NCBI GenBank assembly: GCA_963850305.1
Contig: CAWKKR010000001.1
Location: 283,931-315,930 of the forward strand
From: an uncultured delta proteobacterium
Lineage (GTDB): Bacteria > Myxococcota_A > Polyangia > Polyangiales > Polyangiaceae
Direction of reading: 5' to 3'
Length of the DNA stretch: 32,000 bases
The position numbers and the translations under genes are program-made. Below are positions 26,806 to 32,000 of the stretch, piece by piece (the stretch's first letter is position 1; each line of letters opens with the position of its first letter). The notes under the pieces were generated by a model. It was not told the origin of the DNA, did no database searches, and saw nothing but the letters and a program-made list of their open reading frames with translations.

Positions 26806-28772
26806 GCCGCGTGCGCCTCGCGCACGTAATCGACCAGGTCACTCAGGATGCGCGATATCTGAAAATCCTTCGGCGTGTAGACCGCGCGCACCCCGGATCG
26901 GCGCAGCTCCTCCGCGTCCGTCTCCGGAATGATGCCACCCGCGATCACCGGGATGCCCGAGAGACCTTGCTTCTTCATCTGCTCGATCACCTGGTGAACC
27001 AGATCGAGATGAGCGCCACTGAGGATGCTGAGGCCGACGAGATGAACACCCTCGTCCGCGGCCGCGCGCGCGAGTTGCTGCGGCGTGACTCGGATGCCTT
27101 CGTAGACGACCTCGAAGCCTGCGTCGCGGGCGCGGAGCGCGATCTGTTCGGCGCCGTTCGAGTGACCGTCCAGGCCAGGCTTACCGACGAGCAGCTTCGG
27201 CCGCCTACCGAGCTCGGTCTGGAGCGCGACGACCTTCTTGCGGAGGGCGTCGAGAGCAGACGCATCGCCGATCACGGCGCGCGCTCCGCCGACTCCGGTC
27301 GGCGCGCGGTACTCCCCGAAGGACTCGCGAAGCAACCCGGCCCATTCACCCGTCGTGACGCCAGCCTTCGCCGCGGCGATCGACGCGGGCATGATGTTCT
27401 GGCCGGTCTTTGCCGCCTCGCGCAACCCGGAAAGCGCTCGCTCGATCGCCGCACTGGCGCGGCTTTTGCGCCACGCGGCGAGACGCTCGACCTGCTCGCG
27501 CTCCGCGGCGGGATCGACGCGCAGGATGGCGTCTGCGCCGCCCTCGGTCTGGAGCGGACTCGGCGCCGTCTCGACGAATTTGTTCATCCCGACCACGACC
27601 TGGTCACCGCGCTCGATACCGGCGATCCGCGCCGCGTGCGACGCCACGAGCTGCTCCTTGACGTACTCGACCGCCGGCACGACTCCCCCGCGCGCGAGCA
27701 CGGCTTCCACTTCCGCCCACGCCGCGCCGGCGATCTCCTTCACTCGAGCTTCGATTACGGGAGAGCCGTCGAAGATGTCGCCAAACTCGAGCAGGTCGGT
27801 CTCGTACGCGAGAATCTGCTGGGTCCGGAGCGATAGCTGCTGATCCCACGGCCGCGGCAGGCCGAGAGCCTCGTTCCATGCCGGGAGCTGGATCGCGCGA
27901 GCGCGCGCGTCCCGGCTGAGAGTCACGCCGAGCATCTCGAGCGCGATGCGGATTATGTTGTTCTCGGGCTGAGCTTCCGTGAGGCCGAGCGAGTTTACCT
28001 GCACGCCGTAGCGGAACCGAAGGGCCTTCGGGTCCGTGATGCCGTATCGCTCGCGGCCGAGCTTCTCCCAAAGACGGCCGAAGGCGCGCTGCTTGCAGAC
28101 CTCGTCGAGGAAGCGAATGCTCGAATTGATGAAGAAGGAGAGCCGCGAAAATGTGTCCGTCAGTACCGCGCCCTCGACCCCGCGGCCCCGCACGGTATCG
28201 AGGACTGCGATCGCCGTCGAGAGCGCGTACGCCACTTCCTGCTCGGGGGTCGCGCCGGCTTCCTGCAAGTGATAGCTGCAAATGTTCGTCGGATTCCACT
28301 CGGGTACCTTTTCCACCGTGTAGAGCACGGTATCCGCGATGAGCCGCATGCTCGGTTCGGGCGGGAAAATATACGTCCCGCGCGACAGGTATTCCTTGAT
28401 GATGTCGTTCTGCGTCGTGCCGCGGAGCTTCCGCGTGTCGGCGCCCTGTTCCTCCGCAACCGCGATGTAGAGAGACAGAAGCCAAGCCGCAGTGGCGTTG
28501 ATCGTCATCGACGTGTTCATTCGCTCGAGCGCGATGCCGTCGAACAGCACCCGCATGTCGCCGATGTGGCAGATCGGGACGCCGGTCCGGCCGACCTCAC
28601 CCCGCGCAAGCGGGTGATCCGAGTCGTAGCCAGTCTGGGTCGGCAGATCGAAGGCCACGCTGAGGCCGGTCTGCCCTTTGGCCAGATTCTGCTTGTAGAG
28701 CTCGTTCGACGCTTTCGGAGAGCTGTGCCCCGAATACGTCCGCATGATCCAAACGGGGTCTTTCTTCTTCAC
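26802..28772 (-). CDS. Coenzyme B12-dependent acyl-CoA mutase, single-chain (catalytic barrel + C-terminal B12-binding domain); MeaA/ethylmalonyl-CoA-mutase-like subclade, substrate not assignable from sequence alone
   Basis: IMRTYSGHSSPKASNELYKQNLAKGQTGLSVAFDLPTQTGYDSDHPLARGEVG...GTTQNDIIKEYLSRGTYIFPP is followed by the C-terminal B12 domain LVGKPGLDGHSNGAEQIA (the DxHxxG motif). Length 656 aa. The TYSGHS / AKGQTGLSVAFDLPTQTGYD signature resembles MeaA/Ecm as I recall it, rather than classical MutB (RQYAGFST) or IcmA. Confidence 0.85.
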   Translation of the reverse strand: MKKKDPVWIMRTYSGHSSPKASNELYKQNLAKGQTGLSVAFDLPTQTGYDSDHPLARGEVGRTGVPICHIGDMRVLFDGIALERMNTSMTINATAAWLLSLYIAVAEEQGADTRKLRGTTQNDIIKEYLSRGTYIFPPEPSMRLIADTVLYTVEKVPEWNPTNICSYHLQEAGATPEQEVAYALSTAIAVLDTVRGRGVEGAVLTDTFSRLSFFINSSIRFLDEVCKQRAFGRLWEKLGRERYGITDPKALRFRYGVQVNSLGLTEAQPENNIIRIALEMLGVTLSRDARARAIQLPAWNEALGLPRPWDQQLSLRTQQILAYETDLLEFGDIFDGSPVIEARVKEIAGAAWAEVEAVLARGGVVPAVEYVKEQLVASHAARIAGIERGDQVVVGMNKFVETAPSPLQTEGGADAILRVDPAAEREQVERLAAWRKSRASAAIERALSGLREAAKTGQNIMPASIAAAKAGVTTGEWAGLLRESFGEYRAPTGVGGARAVIGDASALDALRKKVVALQTELGRRPKLLVGKPGLDGHSNGAEQIALRARDAGFEVVYEGIRVTPQQLARAAADEGVHLVGLSILSGAHLDLVHQVIEQMKKQGLSGIPVIAGGIIPETDAEELRRSGVRAVYTPKDFQISRILSDLVDYVREAHAA

Positions 28773-28989
28773 GGCGAGATCCTGAATGCTGCCCTAGCAA
28801 CCGTCCAAAGACTACGCCATCCCGGTCGAGAAAACCGAGGTATTTCCCGTAGCTGCCCGGGGAACGCGGGAGCTCGCGTCGGCACGTGGGCGCTAGTGGG
28901 AACGGCTCTTCATTGGAGCGCGAACTGGATCTATGCGCTCTAGCGGCCTCGACACGTAGGGGCTGCGTGTACAAAGTCTGAGGCACCCG

Positions 28990-29325
28990 ATGGCCGAGGA
29001 TCCCGAGAAGCGACGGAAGCAAGAGGGCGAGCTCGGCGTCGTGGAGCGGCCGACGACGAAGGAACCCCGACGTTACCAGGTAGTACTCCACAACGACGAT
29101 TACACGACGATGGAGTTCGTGGTGCACGTGCTCGAGAAATTTTTTTACAAATCCGAGACCGAGGCCACCCAGATCATGCTTCAGGTGCATCATAAGGGGT
29201 ACGGGATCGTCGGACTCTTCACCCGAGACGTCGCGGAAACCAAGGCGTCCCAGGTCATGGACTACGCCAAACAGCACGGCCATCCGCTCCGATGCACGGC
29301 CGAGCCCGAAGGGCTGTCGCAATAG
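28990..29325 (+). CDS. clpS: ATP-dependent Clp protease adaptor protein ClpS
   Basis: [61 protein letters not shown] is the canonical ClpS core. Its stop TAG is immediately followed by the clpA ATG. Confidence 0.95.
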   Translation: MAEDPEKRRKQEGELGVVERPTTKEPRRYQVVLHNDDYTTMEFVVHVLEKFFYKSETEATQIMLQVHHKGYGIVGLFTRDVAETKASQVMDYAKQHGHPLRCTAEPEGLSQ

Positions 29326-31602
29326 ATGAAAGTAAGCGCCGAAGTCGAAATTGCCTGCTCTCTCGCGGCTCGTGAAGCTCAGCGGAGGCGGCACGACGTG
29401 CTGACGGTCGAGCACCTTCTCTATGCGCTGCTCCACGACGAGGAGACGGCGAGAATTCTCCGCCGCTCGGGAGCGAACATCGGGCAGCTCAAGGCCGCGC
29501 TCGAGAAGGCCTTGGATCAGTTCATCGCGCACGTCCCCGACGGGATGGACGTCACGCCGACGCCGTCGCGCGGCTTTCAGCGGGTCCTGCAGCGGGCCGC
29601 CATTCACGTCGAGTCGAGCGGCAAGGAAGAGCTGAAGGGCTACAACGTGCTCGTCGCGATCTTCGCCGAACTCGATTCGCACGCCGTCAAGGTCCTGAAC
29701 GACGCCGGCGTCACCCGCTACGACGTCGTCAACTTCGTCTCGCACGGCGTGAGCAAGGACACGGATGACGAGATCTCCGAATCCCCGGTCGGAGCGCCCG
29801 AAACGGAAGAAGACGAGGCCACGCCGGAAAAGGACGCGCTCGCGCGGTTCGCCGTCAACCTGAACGAACGCGCGCGAGCCGGGGACATCGAGCCGCTCGT
29901 GGGGCGCGAGAAGGAAATCCGGCGTGCCATCCAGGTGCTCTGCAGGCGCCGCAAGAACAACCCGATCTTCGTCGGGGACGCGGGCGTCGGAAAGACGGCC
30001 ATCGTCGAAGGCCTTGCCGCTCTCATTGCCGAGGGCAAAGTGCCGAAGCCCCTCGAGAGCGTGACGATCTATGCGCTCGACATGGGCGCGCTCATTGCGG
30101 GAACCAAGTTCCGGGGAGACTTCGAGAATCGCGTGAAGGCCGTTCTCAAGGGGCTCGGCAAGCAACCGGGCGCAATCCTGTTCATCGACGAGATTCACAC
30201 CGTCATCGGAGCCGGGGCGACCAGCGGGGGGACCCTGGACGCGTCGAATCTCCTCAAACCTGCTCTCGCGGGCGGCAAGCTCCGGTGCATGGGCGCGACG
30301 ACGTTCGAGGAGTACCGCCGTCACCTCGAACGGGACGCGGCGCTCGCTCGTCGCTTTCAGAAGATCGAGGTGCTCGAACCGAGCGTCGAGGACACCGTCG
30401 GGATCCTGAAGGGTCTGGTGCCGCGGTACGAGGAGTTCCACCTCGTGAAGTACACGGAGGCGGCCGTCCGGGCTGCGGCTACGCTTGCCGCGCGGCACCT
30501 CCACGACCGCCGGCTACCCGACAAAGCGATCGACCTCATCGACGAGAGCGGGGCCGACGCGAAGCTCGATCTGGGAGACAACGCAACGGTCGACGAGGCG
30601 CGGATCGAAATCGTGCTGGCTCGGATGGCCCAGGTACCGCCCAAGCAAGTCTCGAGCTCCGACAAGGACTCGCTCCGGAACCTCGAGAGCGAGTTGAAGC
30701 GCGTCGTGTTCGGTCAAGATCGTGCCCTCTCGGAGCTCACGGCTGCGATCAAGCTGTCACGGGCAGGACTGCGAGCGCCCGAAAAGCCCATCGGCAGCTA
30801 TCTCTTCACCGGCCCCACTGGCGTCGGCAAGACCGAGGTCGCGCGGCAGCTCGCGAGGACCATGGGGATCGAGCTGCTCCGGTTCGACATGAGCGAGTTC
30901 CACGAGCTTCACAGCGCATCGAAGCTGATCGGCGCGCCACCCGGCTACGTCGGCCATGACCGCGGCGGGGTCCTCACGGACGCCATCACGAAGACGCCTC
31001 ACGCGGTTCTCCTCCTGGACGAGATCGAGAAGGCTCATCCGGACGTGTTCAATGTGTTTCTCCAGATCATGGACTACGGACGCTTGACCGACGCACACGG
31101 GCGGAAAACGGACTTCCGCCACGTGGTGGTCATCTTCGCGAGCAACGTGGGCGCGGCGGACCTCGCGAGGGTGAAGGTGGGCTTTGGCCAGAATCAGAGT
31201 CGTGGGGACGACGAAACCGCGTTCAAGAACACGTTCAGCCCCGAGTTCCGAAACCGGCTCGACGCGCGCATTCGATTTGGTCCGCTGACCCCCGACGTCA
31301 TGCATCACATCGTGGACAAGGCCGTCAAAGAGCTCGTGGTGCAGCTCGCCGAACGCCACGTGACAATCGTGCTCACGGACTCTGCCCGTGATCACTTTGC
31401 GAAGAAGGGCTACGATGTCGACAATGGCGCGCGGCCGCTCGCGCGCCTCATCCAGGACGAGATCAAGCGGCCCCTCGCCGACGAGATCTTGTTCGGCAAG
31501 CTCGACGGGGGCGGTACCGTCGAGGTGGATGTGGTAGACAGTCGCGTCGAATTTCATGTCGAACCGTCGGAATCGGCACCGCCCGATCGCACCCTCAACT
31601 GA
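29326..31602 (+). CDS. clpA: ATP-dependent Clp protease ATP-binding subunit ClpA
   Basis: A Clp_N domain is followed by two AAA+ modules ([15 protein letters not shown]...ILFIDEIH and [17 protein letters not shown]...[15 protein letters not shown]) with no long middle coiled-coil. At 758 aa and next to clpS, it is ClpA rather than ClpB or ClpC. Confidence 0.95.
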   Translation: MKVSAEVEIACSLAAREAQRRRHDVLTVEHLLYALLHDEETARILRRSGANIGQLKAALEKALDQFIAHVPDGMDVTPTPSRGFQRVLQRAAIHVESSGKEELKGYNVLVAIFAELDSHAVKVLNDAGVTRYDVVNFVSHGVSKDTDDEISESPVGAPETEEDEATPEKDALARFAVNLNERARAGDIEPLVGREKEIRRAIQVLCRRRKNNPIFVGDAGVGKTAIVEGLAALIAEGKVPKPLESVTIYALDMGALIAGTKFRGDFENRVKAVLKGLGKQPGAILFIDEIHTVIGAGATSGGTLDASNLLKPALAGGKLRCMGATTFEEYRRHLERDAALARRFQKIEVLEPSVEDTVGILKGLVPRYEEFHLVKYTEAAVRAAATLAARHLHDRRLPDKAIDLIDESGADAKLDLGDNATVDEARIEIVLARMAQVPPKQVSSSDKDSLRNLESELKRVVFGQDRALSELTAAIKLSRAGLRAPEKPIGSYLFTGPTGVGKTEVARQLARTMGIELLRFDMSEFHELHSASKLIGAPPGYVGHDRGGVLTDAITKTPHAVLLLDEIEKAHPDVFNVFLQIMDYGRLTDAHGRKTDFRHVVVIFASNVGAADLARVKVGFGQNQSRGDDETAFKNTFSPEFRNRLDARIRFGPLTPDVMHHIVDKAVKELVVQLAERHVTIVLTDSARDHFAKKGYDVDNGARPLARLIQDEIKRPLADEILFGKLDGGGTVEVDVVDSRVEFHVEPSESAPPDRTLN

Positions 31603-31614
31603 CGCTTGCGCGCC

Positions 31615-32000
31615 ATGATCGTCATCGTCGACTACGACGCCGGAAACCTCGGGAGCGTGAAGCGGGCCTGTGACGCGAGCCGGGTTGCCTCCGTGATCAG
31701 CAAAGATCCGGGCGAGATCGGACGCGCCGAGCGCGTCATCTTCCCCGGCATCGGCGCGGCGGAGAGCTCGATGGACACCGTCCGGAGCCGAGGGCTGGAC
31801 CAGGCGCTCCGCGAGGCCCTCGGGCGCGGCGCGCCGGTGCTCGGTATCTGCATCGGCGCGCAGATCATCCTCGACCGGTCGGAAGAAGGCGACACGCCGT
31901 GCCTCGGCTTCGTTCCGGGAACGACGGTCCGATTTCGACCGACGGACCCCGGCATCAAGGTGCCTCACATAGGCTGGAACGAGGTTCGTGTCGAGCAGCC
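31615..32000 (+). CDS. hisH: Imidazole glycerol phosphate synthase, glutamine amidotransferase subunit (5' part; continues past window end)
   Basis: Absent from the track because there is no stop in the window. MIVIVDYDAGNLGSVKRA...RVIFPGIGAAESSMDTVRSRGLDQALREA...PVLGICIGAQI...VPHIGWNEV matches HisH, including the nucleophile Cys in GICIG. Confidence 0.88.
   Translation, partial: MIVIVDYDAGNLGSVKRACDASRVASVISKDPGEIGRAERVIFPGIGAAESSMDTVRSRGLDQALREALGRGAPVLGICIGAQIILDRSEEGDTPCLGFVPGTTVRFRPTDPGIKVPHIGWNEVRVEQ

Noticed and set aside
28773-28989. Cobalamin riboswitch upstream of the B12-dependent mutase
   Set aside because: I found no B12-box (GCCACTG-like on the coding strand) or characteristic conserved core in the 217-bp leader and divergent promoter region. 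B12-dependent enzymes are also not the usual riboswitch targets.
28597-30504. 635-aa minus-strand ORF
   Set aside because: It lies antisense to clpS-clpA, whose products are unmistakable. Its translation is Arg/Leu/Gly-rich with no motifs, as expected for the long shadow ORFs of high-GC DNA.
30757-31968. 403-aa minus-strand ORF
   Set aside because: It lies antisense to the clpA 3' end and hisH and is a shadow ORF.

Overview
High-GC (about two-thirds G+C by eye) bacterial chromosomal segment. It is most likely from a myxobacterium (Myxococcota), based on a Myxococcus-type cysteine-rich-repeat lipoprotein, a zinc-ribbon/GYF/AgmX-PglI-tail protein, Pro-rich zinc-ribbon proteins and a high density of two-component and NtrC-type regulators. 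All homology statements come from reading the translations and from memory; no searches were run. I support about 28 protein genes and one RNA gene. On the minus strand, 1-4314 holds a partial XerC/XerD recombinase, a membrane protein, an ABC-2 permease and a large lipoprotein. Next come an atypical histidine-kinase-like protein with a CheY-like regulator (+), then a TerB-like protein and a repeat-containing hypothetical (-). A Zn-ribbon/Pro-rich membrane protein, an IscA/ErpA-type Fe-S carrier, an RpoH-like sigma factor and RNase P RNA (rnpB, with promoter and terminator) follow on the plus strand. An 8-kb co-directional minus-strand string runs hybrid HK, NtrC-family activator, queA, tgt, MshEN/T2SSE_N-like protein, REC-TPR regulator and a ZnR-GYF-TM-TonB-C-like (GltJ/AgmX-like) protein. 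The rest is a conserved hypothetical, korAB (2-oxoacid:ferredoxin oxidoreductase), an ScfR/RamB-type regulator, meaB with a fused B12-dependent acyl-CoA mutase, clpS-clpA and the start of hisH. I see no CRISPR array, tRNA, IS element, prophage or recognisable defence system, so this reads as mostly core genome and I cannot honestly name a new system. The points most worth a second look are: (1) three frame breaks, each at a short A homopolymer (korA 3' end, a conserved hypothetical, the MshEN/REC-TPR junction), which look like indel errors and change the gene models; (2) the MshEN-like / REC-TPR / GltJ-like trio with a sigma-54-type -24/-12 element, downstream of an HK-NtrC pair and translationally coupled queA-tgt; (3) a perfect in-frame 45-bp tandem repeat; (4) a degenerate double-CA kinase-like protein; (5) an MeaA/Ecm-like mutase-meaB-scfR cluster next to korAB.
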